Assembly (NCBI GenBank): GCA_039028775.1
Contig: JBCCHL010000002.1
Span: 44 to 64,043, forward strand
DNA length: 64,000 nucleotides
Direction of reading: 5' to 3'
From: Pseudomonadota bacterium
GTDB taxonomy: Bacteria; Pseudomonadota; Gammaproteobacteria; Pseudomonadales; Azotimanducaceae
In this document: piece by piece, positions 35,691-44,741 of the stretch
Layout of the letters: each line of letters starts with the position of its first letter
Numbering within the stretch: the stretch's first letter is position 1
Program-made: the position numbers and the translations under genes
Notes under the pieces: model-generated
Databases searched by the model: none
Seen by the model: the letters and a program-made list of their open reading frames with translations, nothing else
Told to the model about the DNA's origin: nothing

Positions 35691-36878
35691 CTAGGCTTGT
35701 TCCAGTTCCAATGGTGGCAGTCCCAGACCTTCTCGGTGCACGTTGTGATAATGGTGCAGTGCCGGCTCGTTGCGGCCAAAAATGTAGTGGCTGCGGGCAC
35801 CCGAGAGGGCATTGCGCTGAGTATGGGTGGCCGCCGCAAAATCCTCGTCCACGACGATCATGTTGAACCCGACGAAGCGACTCCCACCCGCCTCGATCCC
35901 CTGCTGTTCCAGATGCGCGGCGAGCTCGGGATTGGCGTAGTAGCTGTGATGGGTCCGTGAGCGCGCCGGGTCCTGGGCATCCGGATACATGCGCAGCACA
36001 TCCACACCCGCCGGATCCACCAGGAAGATCACGTTCGGGTAAATAAAATAGACGTTCAGCGTGATCCACCGATACGGCCACTGCTCAAGGGGCATGTTGT
36101 TATCAGCGACATACTTGAAGCCACCTTTCTGCGCAAAGACCATCCGGTAATTGCGCCCGAAGATGTCCTGGGTCTGCAGATTGCCGTGGATGTCGTTGGC
36201 GAGGGTCTGCTTGTGCAGAACGTCGAAGTGATAATTTTCCCCGAACGTGTCGATGGCCAGCTTCCAGTTGATCTCCGCGTCGATCACCTGCGCTTCGGAA
36301 AAAGCGTGGGTGGGTAGTTGCCAGGCTTCCATGTCCTCCGCCAACCCGCCCAGTTGCGCATCGATGTCGATCGGGTCACCCGGGCTCGGCCGCACCCACA
36401 GAAGTCCATATTTCTCCGCTGCGGGGAGCTCAACCAGGCCGTGCTCGCCTTTGTCGATACAGCCGAATCGGTCCTCCCGGGCGATGGCGATCAGCTCGCC
36501 GGAATTCTTGTATGTCCAAGCATGGAACGGACAGGTGAAACGATGTTTCACCCCACGGCCTTCTTCGACCACCTGCATACCGCGGTGGCTGCAGACGTTA
36601 AGGAACGCGCGGAACTGACCCTGGGTGTCTCGAGTTAGGAGGATGGCCACACCCGTCTCGGCGGTCGCAACATAGCTGCCGGGTTGCGGCAGGTCGGTGC
36701 TTAAGCCCATCAGCAAGGGGGTCTGGCGGAAGAATATTTCTTGCTCCCGGGCGAGCAACTCCTTGCAAGTAAAGTCGGTCACCGGCGCGCGCAAAATACC
36801 CCCCGCATCCACGCTGGTGTTGGTATCCAGGCCGTGCCGTAGGGCCTTGAGAATGCGCGCTCGCTCTGCCTGACGCAT
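35691..36878 (-). CDS. Rieske non-haem iron oxygenase alpha subunit (choline monooxygenase-like)
   Basis: NVCSHRG...CPFHAW Rieske motif; NWKLAIDTFGENYHFDVLH; DED near the C-terminus. Confidence 0.9.
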   Translation of the reverse strand: MRQAERARILKALRHGLDTNTSVDAGGILRAPVTDFTCKELLAREQEIFFRQTPLLMGLSTDLPQPGSYVATAETGVAILLTRDTQGQFRAFLNVCSHRGMQVVEEGRGVKHRFTCPFHAWTYKNSGELIAIAREDRFGCIDKGEHGLVELPAAEKYGLLWVRPSPGDPIDIDAQLGGLAEDMEAWQLPTHAFSEAQVIDAEINWKLAIDTFGENYHFDVLHKQTLANDIHGNLQTQDIFGRNYRMVFAQKGGFKYVADNNMPLEQWPYRWITLNVYFIYPNVIFLVDPAGVDVLRMYPDAQDPARSRTHHSYYANPELAAHLEQQGIEAGGSRFVGFNMIVVDEDFAAATHTQRNALSGARSHYIFGRNEPALHHYHNVHREGLGLPPLELEQA

Positions 36879-36967
36879 CTTGGTCCACTCCTTCCTCTAC
36901 TTCTCGCCGCGCGACAATCTCGCTAAAGCCACCGGGATTGTCAAATAGCTGTGGAGGTGCCCAATCA

Positions 36968-38476
36968 TCATGGGAGCAACCCCAGAGACGCCTCTGCATA
37001 ACCGCGCAGGCGAGCGTCATGTGCCCAGTTCCGAGCACGCTCCAGATACGCCCGGCAGCGTGGATTGCCGAGCAGCCGCAGGGCTTCCCCGAGCAGATAG
37101 TTGACCCGCGGCGCCCAAGGGGCGCGGGCCTGGGCCACCTTTAGATAGTTCAGCGCCCCACCCGGATTGCCGGAATACAGCTCGGTCACACCGAGCCATA
37201 AAATCGCGTGATAGTGATCCGGATTCTGCGCCAGCACCTCGCGCAGGATGTGCGTGACATCCTGCCAGTCGACCAGGCACTGCATCGAGCGATCGAGCGG
37301 ACACGCATCCATCGCCTGCACGGCGGTCTCGAGGAGTACTTCCGGGTGCTGGGGGTCCAGTTGCTGAGCGCGCTCAAGACTGCGGCGCGCAGCAGCCCGA
37401 TCGAAGCGTCGCTGACCAGCAGCCAGCGATGCCCACAAACCGGCATCTTCCGGCGCCCGCTTCAGCAAGCGCTGATAGGTGCGTGCCGCATAGCGCGGAT
37501 TCGGGGTCAGCGCCGTCGCCGCCAGCAGGCGGTCGACCTCATCGCGGGAGAGTTTGGACTCCCGCACGCCTGCCGCGGGCACCGGTTCCAGCTCAAAGCG
37601 ACGCACGCGCCAGTCCGCTGCCTTGTTGTAAGCCGTAACGGCGCGTTGCAGATCGTCCGGGGACAGCCCCAACTCTCGCCAAATCGGCTGCTCTCTGGTC
37701 TCGAGGTGACGATCCAGCGCCGCTGCGACTCCCGGCTTGTCCTGCAGCAGATATCGCGTCAGGTGGGCTGAGCGTTTATAGAACGAAGTGATCCGTCCAA
37801 GCGGCCAATCATCCAGCCGGGTGACCGCTGTCATTGCCGGCAGATCAAAGTTGGCGATCGGGCGGCGCAGGTACTTTTCGGGCATCGCGAGCGGGGCACT
37901 AGCGACCTCCACACCTTCCTCACGCTCGAAGCGGGTGGTGGACAGGAGGGTCGCCAAGCCCTCTTCGTACCACAGCGGCACGCTACGCGATGCCGTGCGC
38001 AGCCGGTAGTGCACGTGTTCATGGAGCAGATTCTGCAACCACCCGTCCGGACCGTCCGGGCCCACAACCAGCGTGGTGCGCGAGAGACGCGGTTGGGTAA
38101 ATGCGGCGAAGTGGCGGGAGCGATAGATGCGCGCGAACTCGCGGCGTTGCGCGAACACGACAATCCGCAAAGGCGGTGCTGCAAACCCATCGCGGGGTAC
38201 ATACGCATCCATAACCTGATCGAAAGCCCGCAAACGCTGCAGCAACGCGCGCGCTTTAGCGGCTGGTAAATCCGCTACGAGCGTGATTTCATCCGCCTCA
38301 TAACGGCGCCAATCCGCGGCACCGGACACTGCAGCCAAACCAATACAGATGAGGAGCGTGACTTGGAGCGCACGGCCAAACCGACGTCGCTGGATAAGCT
38401 GCTGCGCAACTTGCCGCCCAGCCAGGCGCGCGCGCGGCGCACTACGGCTCGATGGCCAATCTTGAGCTACCGCCAC
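36968..38476 (-). CDS. Exported DUF1570-like HExxH protein with C-terminal TPRs; start uncertain
   Basis: Signal-like LLICIGLAAVSGA|AD; LLHEHVHY; PLWYEEGLATLLST; TPR-like C-terminal half. Confidence 0.7.
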   Translation of the reverse strand: MAVAQDWPSSRSAPRARLAGRQVAQQLIQRRRFGRALQVTLLICIGLAAVSGAADWRRYEADEITLVADLPAAKARALLQRLRAFDQVMDAYVPRDGFAAPPLRIVVFAQRREFARIYRSRHFAAFTQPRLSRTTLVVGPDGPDGWLQNLLHEHVHYRLRTASRSVPLWYEEGLATLLSTTRFEREEGVEVASAPLAMPEKYLRRPIANFDLPAMTAVTRLDDWPLGRITSFYKRSAHLTRYLLQDKPGVAAALDRHLETREQPIWRELGLSPDDLQRAVTAYNKAADWRVRRFELEPVPAAGVRESKLSRDEVDRLLAATALTPNPRYAARTYQRLLKRAPEDAGLWASLAAGQRRFDRAAARRSLERAQQLDPQHPEVLLETAVQAMDACPLDRSMQCLVDWQDVTHILREVLAQNPDHYHAILWLGVTELYSGNPGGALNYLKVAQARAPWAPRVNYLLGEALRLLGNPRCRAYLERARNWAHDARLRGYAEASLGLLP

Positions 38477-38995
38477 TTGGTGCTGAAGGGGTTTTGTCTG
38501 TTCGCCGTCTCCGGCGTCGGCGCGCAGGAGTTGCGCGCCCGCATCGATGCACTGCCGCAACGCATGACCTGCACCGCAACCCAGACTGCCGGCTTTCATG
38601 ACTATCCGCACAACAGCCAGGGTTACGAGGCGGTGGTATTCTTTGAGAGCAGCTTTACCCTCACCGTCAACCGCGTGCTCATGAATCATCTCGCGACAAC
38701 ATCTGCGTATGATCTTTTTCTCAGCTTAACCCAGGACGGCGAAGTCATCGAATTGCAGTGCAGCCAGGTGCGGGCGCGGGGCAACCACTTCGGTGTCAGT
38801 TGTAGCAGCCAGCCTCCGGCTGACCTGCTGTTGCTCAACCTCGACAACCTGCGTTTCACCCGCACCGCCATTGGCGGCTGGACGTTTTCAGCCATCGAAT
38901 CCCCGGCCGCTAACACCCCTGCCCCGTCCGCGACCAACGCTGAAGGCGAATCGATCTATGTCGAATATGGCCGCTGCGAAGGGGCGTCGGGCTAG
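38462..38995 (+). CDS. Hypothetical exported protein with four Cys; start uncertain
   Basis: Open frame with signal-like segment (LVLKGFCLFAVSGVGA|QE) and normal codon composition; no family recognised. Confidence 0.55.
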   Translation: MSYRHLVLKGFCLFAVSGVGAQELRARIDALPQRMTCTATQTAGFHDYPHNSQGYEAVVFFESSFTLTVNRVLMNHLATTSAYDLFLSLTQDGEVIELQCSQVRARGNHFGVSCSSQPPADLLLLNLDNLRFTRTAIGGWTFSAIESPAANTPAPSATNAEGESIYVEYGRCEGASG

Positions 38996-39312
38996 TTCTT
39001 AACGGCGCGTTCCGTCGACGTGCCGCGCGTTTCAGCAGCCCGTGTCTGCGTGTCCAGCAGTTCGGCTTCGCGCAACGCCTCGGCTACCGCGTTGCTGATC
39101 GGCGCCTGTTCCTGCACAGGTTTTTCCGCGGTTACGTTGATCTGCTCGATCGATTGCAAACGCTCTTTCACCTCGAGCGAGGGTACCTTTACCGTCCGCT
39201 CTCCCTCCTGGGAAGCCGCCAACGTGCCCACGGCGCATAACGCGGCCGCGGCACCCAACACGATTCTCTTACCCATACTCTTAACACTGTAGGACATCGA
39301 GATTCTCCTCAT
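38992..39312 (-). CDS. Small exported hypothetical protein
   Basis: KRIVLGAAAALCAVGTLAA signal peptide; LQSIEQINVTAEKP; start may be 39276. Confidence 0.6.
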   Translation of the reverse strand: MRRISMSYSVKSMGKRIVLGAAAALCAVGTLAASQEGERTVKVPSLEVKERLQSIEQINVTAEKPVQEQAPISNAVAEALREAELLDTQTRAAETRGTSTERAVKN

Positions 39313-39347
39313 TATGACCCTGGCCTGATGACCCGGGTATGATCGCC

Positions 39348-40106
39348 TCAGTTCGAATCCGCACGCCCGCCAGCGAACGGATCGTAGTCGTCACGGTGAT
39401 CCCAGACCGACCGCTCATTCATAGCATAGATAAAACGATAGCTGCGATGGCTGCCCTTGCGTATACGGTTGTCCGAGTCGAGTAACCATACCGCACCATC
39501 GGGCAGTCGCATAGCCAACACCGCATGATGGCCGCGCACGTTGCGCTCGCGGGTGATGAGCACCCGCATATCGTCGGGATCGTACCCCAGCTCCCGAAAC
39601 ATGAAGTACTTGGCGGTGGCATAATCTTCACAATCGCCACGCCGGGTGAGAAATTCGTGCAAAGTCGCCCAGCGATTGCGTTGGATACCCAGTTTGTTGC
39701 CGGCTTCGTCGTAGAGTCGCTTGGGACGATCATCGTCATAGCGTGTGCGGTTGATGTAGAGATTGACCAGATCGATCTGCTCTTCGGTCGATAACCCCCG
39801 CGCCCGCGCTAGTACCCGGTTGAAGGATACCAGGCGGCCACGACACCCCGCGCCACGCTCGGTACACGACAGCAGTTGCTCGCGCTCCTCGGCGTGCGCC
39901 TTCAGGGTATCCCGCCAACTGTCGAACTGTTGCGCGGGTGCCAGATAGTCGGCGCTGCTGGCAAAGCTGTACGCGCCGGCCATTTCAGAGCCGAAGACCA
40001 ACGCGGGCAGCCCCCAGAGCAACCCCAATATAGTCCAACAACTTATATCTTGGTGGAACGACATAGTGCGCATAGTAACCCGTATCGGACGTCCGTGCCC
40101 GCGCAC
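39348..40106 (-). CDS. Transglutaminase-like cysteine peptidase (BTLCP/LapG family)
   Basis: GDCEDYATAKY, HAVLA, WLLDS (Cys-His-Asp triad); WAT motif; N-terminal hydrophobic segment. Confidence 0.88.
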   Translation of the reverse strand: MRGHGRPIRVTMRTMSFHQDISCWTILGLLWGLPALVFGSEMAGAYSFASSADYLAPAQQFDSWRDTLKAHAEEREQLLSCTERGAGCRGRLVSFNRVLARARGLSTEEQIDLVNLYINRTRYDDDRPKRLYDEAGNKLGIQRNRWATLHEFLTRRGDCEDYATAKYFMFRELGYDPDDMRVLITRERNVRGHHAVLAMRLPDGAVWLLDSDNRIRKGSHRSYRFIYAMNERSVWDHRDDYDPFAGGRADSN

Positions 40107-40207
40107 AGCTTCTCACCGGCGGGATATCCATCACAGGAGCGGCCGACCTGTCCAAGCAAGGGGAAGCGCGGTAGAGTGGAGTTGATCATAGAGCGCAAAG
40201 GGTAAGG

Positions 40208-41317
40208 ATGCGGGCTGCAGCTATCGTCATTGCATTGGCCGTCGGGTGTGGGGCATGCAGCACCACTGCGCCCGAGCAGCGCACGCCCTTGCAATACGAT
40301 CCGGCGCTGCTCAGCGGCGCAGCTTTGTTCGGCCGACCGATCCCGCCGTCTCGCGCACCGGCCCACGACATTCTCGGTGCAGACGCCGCCATGCACGCGT
40401 TTGTCGGTGACATCGTGGACAAACGCCTGGCTGTGGTGCGCTTCAACCGTCTGCTCGACAAACTCGCGGACAGCGACTTCTTCACCAACACCTACGATGC
40501 GAACGTCACGCTCACCGCGAGCGAGACCTTTCACCGCAAGATCGGCAACTGCATGTCCTACAGCAATCTGTTCGTGGCTCTCGCCCGCCTGGCCGGATTG
40601 GAGGTGCGTTTTCAGATCGTGCCGCAGTTGTATCCGACCTGGAATGCTGAAGACGGCGTGCTGATCCGCAACAACCACATCAACCTATCGGTCCGCGGTC
40701 AACGTTTCGATCGCAATCGCGCCAATGGCTATACGATCGACTTCAATCTGGTCGAGCCGGACCCGGATAGCCAAGTCCAACCCATCAGCGACGCCTACGC
40801 GGCCTCGCTGTTCTACGCCAATCTGTCGGTCACGGCCCTGATGGAAGCCGACGTTGAATTGTCCTTCGCCTATCTCAAACGCGCCTTTGCCGCAGAACCG
40901 CGCAACCCAGATCTGTGGATCAACCTGGGCGCTCTGTACAATCGCTTTGGCGAACACCGGCTGGCGATCGACAGCCTGTTGGTCGCGCAACAAATCGCGC
41001 CACGCGATCGCACCATCGTCTCCGCGCTCGAGCGCAGCTACCGGGTGGTGGGCGAGATCGAGGTCGCTGATCGCCTCGCGGTCAAAGTACGGCGGCATCG
41101 CAACGCCAACCCCTACTATCACTTTGCGATGGCGCAACAAGCTGCTCAACGTGGGGACCACGATGCCAGCAAAGCCGCGATCGAAGCAGCACTCCGGCTC
41201 AAAAAGGACGAACCCCGCTTCCATCACCTGCAGAGTCTGTTATACCGTAGGACCGGGGAGACAAAACTCGCCGATGCAAGCTTACGCCGGGCCCGCAAGC
41301 AGGGTTGGCGCGGATAA
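40208..41317 (+). CDS. Lipoprotein with transglutaminase-like core and TPRs
   Basis: Signal ending CGAC; GNCMSYSNLFVALARLAGL, NNHIN, TIDF; TPRs (DLWINLGALY...). Confidence 0.78.
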   Translation: MRAAAIVIALAVGCGACSTTAPEQRTPLQYDPALLSGAALFGRPIPPSRAPAHDILGADAAMHAFVGDIVDKRLAVVRFNRLLDKLADSDFFTNTYDANVTLTASETFHRKIGNCMSYSNLFVALARLAGLEVRFQIVPQLYPTWNAEDGVLIRNNHINLSVRGQRFDRNRANGYTIDFNLVEPDPDSQVQPISDAYAASLFYANLSVTALMEADVELSFAYLKRAFAAEPRNPDLWINLGALYNRFGEHRLAIDSLLVAQQIAPRDRTIVSALERSYRVVGEIEVADRLAVKVRRHRNANPYYHFAMAQQAAQRGDHDASKAAIEAALRLKKDEPRFHHLQSLLYRRTGETKLADASLRRARKQGWRG

Positions 41318-41401
41318 CACAAAAGATCGGGCGGAGAGAGCGCCTGACCAGGACGGCAACCTGGTAATCGCCGGGCGAGAGACTCAAGGGGAGACAACAA
41401 A

Positions 41402-42940
41402 ATGACACCGATCGGACGCAGAGACCTGCTCAAGGCCGCGGGGGCGATGACGGCGGCCACACCCTATCTGGCCCACGGCCTGCCAACCGATAACCAGCCA
41501 CCCAACGTGGTATTCATCCTCGCCGACGATATGGGCTATGGGGACGTGAGCTATCTGAATCCGGATTCTCAGATACCCACGCCGAATATCGATCGTATCG
41601 GTCGGGAAGGCATTTTTCTGCGCGATGCCCACTCCCCCTCCGCGCTGTGCACGCCTACGCGCTACGGCATCCATACCGGGCGCTACTGCTTCCGCACCCG
41701 CATCAAGCGCAGCGTCACCTGGGGTTACAGCCGGCATCTGATCGAACCGAAGCGTATGACGGTGGCATCCTTGCTGCGAGAGCATGGTTATCGCACCGGA
41801 TGCTTCGGCAAGTGGCATATGGGCATGGATATGATGACCCGCGACGGGCGCGGCATCACGGAGGACGATACGATCGTCGACCAGCGCAGCTATCGCGGTG
41901 ATATCGACTGGGCCGCGCCCATCACGAACGGTCCCACGGCTATCGGCTTCGATGAGTTCTACGGCATCTCCGCATCGCTGGACATGCACCCCTATATCTG
42001 GATCGACGGCGATCGCTTTGTGGGCACCTGCACCACCGAGCAGGATCTGCTGTTCAACACCCGTGACAATCTGCGTCCCACTCATGGCGCCAACAGCGGG
42101 CCGTCCCACGCGGACTTTGTGGCAGAAGACGTCCAGCCAGAAATCACGCGCAAAACCGTCGAGTTTATTCGCCGACAAAGCACCGACCGACCGTTCTTCG
42201 CGTGCATGGCGCTGGCTGCACCACACATCCCGATCGTGCCCAGCAAAGCCTACCAGGGCCGCAGCAAGATTGGGCCCTACGGCGATTTCTGCATCCAGGT
42301 GGACGATGATATTGGCAAAGTCCTGGACGCCCTGGAGCAGCAGGGTGTGGCCGACAACACGCTGATCATCTTCACGGCGGACAACGGTTGCGCACCCTAT
42401 ATCGGCGTGGAAGCGATGAACGAGATGGGTCACTACCCGAGCTACGTATTCCGCGGGTACAAGGCGGACATCTACGAAGGCGGCCATCGCATACCGTTTC
42501 TGGCGCGCTGGCCACGGGCGATCAAAGCCGGCAATAGTTCGGCGGAGATCGTCTGCCTGACCGATTTGTTAGCCACCTGCGCGGCCCTGGTGGGCGCCTC
42601 TCTACCCGACGATGCGGGTGAAGACAGTTACAACATTCTGCCCGCGTTGCTCGGCCAGACCTCGAGTACCCCGATCCGTGAGGCCACCGTGGCCCAGTCC
42701 GGGGACGGCAGCTACAGCATCCGCCAAGGTCGCTGGAAACTGGAGCTGGCACCAAGTTCGGGCGGTTACTATCGTCTCTCACCCGAAGAGGTTGCCGCAC
42801 AGGGGCTGCCGGATATCCAACTATATGATCTTGCGGCCGACCTCGGCGAGACCGTCAACGTGCAAGGCCAACACCCAGCTGTGGTCAGGCGTCTGAGCGA
42901 ACTGCTGGGTGAATATCAGCGCAGCGGCCGCTCGCGCTGA
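41402..42940 (+). CDS. Arylsulfatase (Cys-type, FGly-dependent) with Tat signal
   Basis: GRRDLLK Tat motif; ADDMGYGD; CTPTRYG (CxPxR); GKWHMG; TADNG. Confidence 0.93.
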   Translation: MTPIGRRDLLKAAGAMTAATPYLAHGLPTDNQPPNVVFILADDMGYGDVSYLNPDSQIPTPNIDRIGREGIFLRDAHSPSALCTPTRYGIHTGRYCFRTRIKRSVTWGYSRHLIEPKRMTVASLLREHGYRTGCFGKWHMGMDMMTRDGRGITEDDTIVDQRSYRGDIDWAAPITNGPTAIGFDEFYGISASLDMHPYIWIDGDRFVGTCTTEQDLLFNTRDNLRPTHGANSGPSHADFVAEDVQPEITRKTVEFIRRQSTDRPFFACMALAAPHIPIVPSKAYQGRSKIGPYGDFCIQVDDDIGKVLDALEQQGVADNTLIIFTADNGCAPYIGVEAMNEMGHYPSYVFRGYKADIYEGGHRIPFLARWPRAIKAGNSSAEIVCLTDLLATCAALVGASLPDDAGEDSYNILPALLGQTSSTPIREATVAQSGDGSYSIRQGRWKLELAPSSGGYYRLSPEEVAAQGLPDIQLYDLAADLGETVNVQGQHPAVVRRLSELLGEYQRSGRSR

Positions 42941-42961
42941 TCCAAGCCAAGGAGCCCAACC

Positions 42962-43786
42962 ATCGATCTCGCAAAGCTGGACACCCTGGCGGCGGAATTA
43001 CAGCACGATCTCGATCATCGCCAGATCAGGCGGCTGTACGCCGACGGTCGAGGTCCGGACAACATCACCGAAGCTTACGCTCTGCAACGTGCGCTGCGCC
43101 GCGTGCGCGAGGCGCGTGGTGAACGCGTGGTCGGTTTCAAGATCGGCTTCACCAGTCCGACCGTGCGCACCAACGCGGCGACGCTCATGGGCCTTGACGA
43201 GTCGGTCCACGGATATCTGTGGGAACGTGAGGCCTACCTAAACGGTGCGGAGGTCGCCCACGCCAGACTCGGGATCGAAGGCGAGCTTGCGGTGTCCCTG
43301 ATCGAGTGTGCGGGGGACAACGTCAGCAACTGGGTGGTGGACTATCAGCCGATCATCGAGCTGCACATGCTGGGCTATCGACCGGAGCAGATGTGGGACG
43401 GTCCGCCAGCGGACAATCACGGCCGCCGCGGCCTGGAGTTGATCGGCACCAACTGCGTGCACACCGGTGTGGTGCATTGTGACACGCAGCGCCGTGGCAG
43501 GATCGCCGAGATTCCCCTCGATGAGATCATGCGCGTGCACATCGGCGGAAAATTGATCGAAGAAGTCACGCTCACCGAGCTGGCGGTGGATGGCGTTTAC
43601 GGCCCGGCGGGGACCATCGGCTGGCTGCTGCGCACCCTGCGCCGCGAAGCCAACGGCGAGGATGCACTGCTAAGACCGGGGACACAGCTGCTGTGTTCCA
43701 CCCCGGGAGGTCTTTATCCGGTGCCTTCGGGTCAGGGCGTCGAAGTGGCATTTGCGGGTATGACCACACGTTGCACCGCGGACTAA
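42962..43786 (+). CDS. 2-keto-4-pentenoate hydratase-like (FAH superfamily) protein; apparent ATC start
   Basis: EAYALQRAL...GERVVGFKIGFTS, IEGELAV; homology-like sequence extends ~47 codons upstream of the first GTG (43103) to an ATC placed 7 nt after AAGGAG. Confidence 0.7.
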   Translation: MDLAKLDTLAAELQHDLDHRQIRRLYADGRGPDNITEAYALQRALRRVREARGERVVGFKIGFTSPTVRTNAATLMGLDESVHGYLWEREAYLNGAEVAHARLGIEGELAVSLIECAGDNVSNWVVDYQPIIELHMLGYRPEQMWDGPPADNHGRRGLELIGTNCVHTGVVHCDTQRRGRIAEIPLDEIMRVHIGGKLIEEVTLTELAVDGVYGPAGTIGWLLRTLRREANGEDALLRPGTQLLCSTPGGLYPVPSGQGVEVAFAGMTTRCTAD

Positions 43787-43796
43787 AAACCCGAAC

Positions 43797-44720
43797 TTAA
43801 GCCTGTACGAGCCTCAGCATCACATTCCCCTCCTGGCGCGTATCGAAGTACGCAGTCGCACCGTCCTCGGACCGGCGCAGACATTCGACCCCCTTGGCGG
43901 CCAAACGCTGGGCCTCGACCTCCAAGTCATGCACCGCAAACGCGATGTCGTTCACACCGTCGCCGCGCAACGCCAGGGAGTCCGCGTAAATACTGTGCGC
44001 GCCGGTCGCCTGATAGAACGACCAGGTGAGCGGACCGACCTGCACCCCCTGCGAGCGGGTCCCGAGAGCGGTATCGCTGACCGCCTCGTCAGATGCGGCA
44101 AAGCCTAAATCCGCGTAGTACGCCATGCTGTCGGCAAGGCTATCCACCCCGATGCCAACCCCGAGGAAACGCCACGCAGGCACCAACGGGTGAGTCTGAT
44201 TGTTCGCCTTCCATGCCCGCTCCCAGTCGGTGGGCGGCGGTCGTAGCGAGATCATCAGATCTCCGTGGGTGCGCGTATCGAGATAGTTCTCCACGGTCCG
44301 ACCGTTGACCCGTGCGTCAAACATGAGTTCACAGCCGCGCGCGAGCAGCGCGTCCGTGTCCGCATCGATGTCCGCGGAGTTGAAACAGATGTGGTTGATC
44401 CCAGGACCCTTGGCGGCCAGGTATTCACTGATGAACATCCCTGGACCCGGTCGCATCGGATAGCACTCCAACTGGCAATCGCCGATCTGGCTCTCGCCGT
44501 CCGTGAACGTGTGCGCACCACCCGTGGGGTAAGTGTGGGTGACGGGGTCACCGTCGAGCTTGCGGTAGTACATCAAAGAACCCTCGCCGGGTTCATGCGG
44601 CAGCAAGGGCTGCGGCCCAACGCTAACCCCTACGCCGATGCTCTGCAGATAGCGCAGCGTCGCGTTGCGATCGGTAATCATCAGCCCGACGTGATTCAGC
44701 TCCCAACCTTCTCCCAGCAT
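43797..44720 (-). CDS. Two-domain VOC (glyoxalase/methylmalonyl-CoA epimerase-like) protein
   Basis: LNHVGLMI, QLECYP, GPGINHICF; second domain GVNDIAFAVHDL...YFDTR. Confidence 0.75.
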   Translation of the reverse strand: MLGEGWELNHVGLMITDRNATLRYLQSIGVGVSVGPQPLLPHEPGEGSLMYYRKLDGDPVTHTYPTGGAHTFTDGESQIGDCQLECYPMRPGPGMFISEYLAAKGPGINHICFNSADIDADTDALLARGCELMFDARVNGRTVENYLDTRTHGDLMISLRPPPTDWERAWKANNQTHPLVPAWRFLGVGIGVDSLADSMAYYADLGFAASDEAVSDTALGTRSQGVQVGPLTWSFYQATGAHSIYADSLALRGDGVNDIAFAVHDLEVEAQRLAAKGVECLRRSEDGATAYFDTRQEGNVMLRLVQA

Positions 44721-44741
44721 CTTTTCCCCCTCGTTTGACCT

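Noticed and set aside
42938-42990. Selenocysteine or alternative-code read-through fusing sulfatase and hydratase
   Set aside because: No SECIS-like hairpin after the TGA, other genes end normally at TGA, and a strong SD indicates independent initiation.
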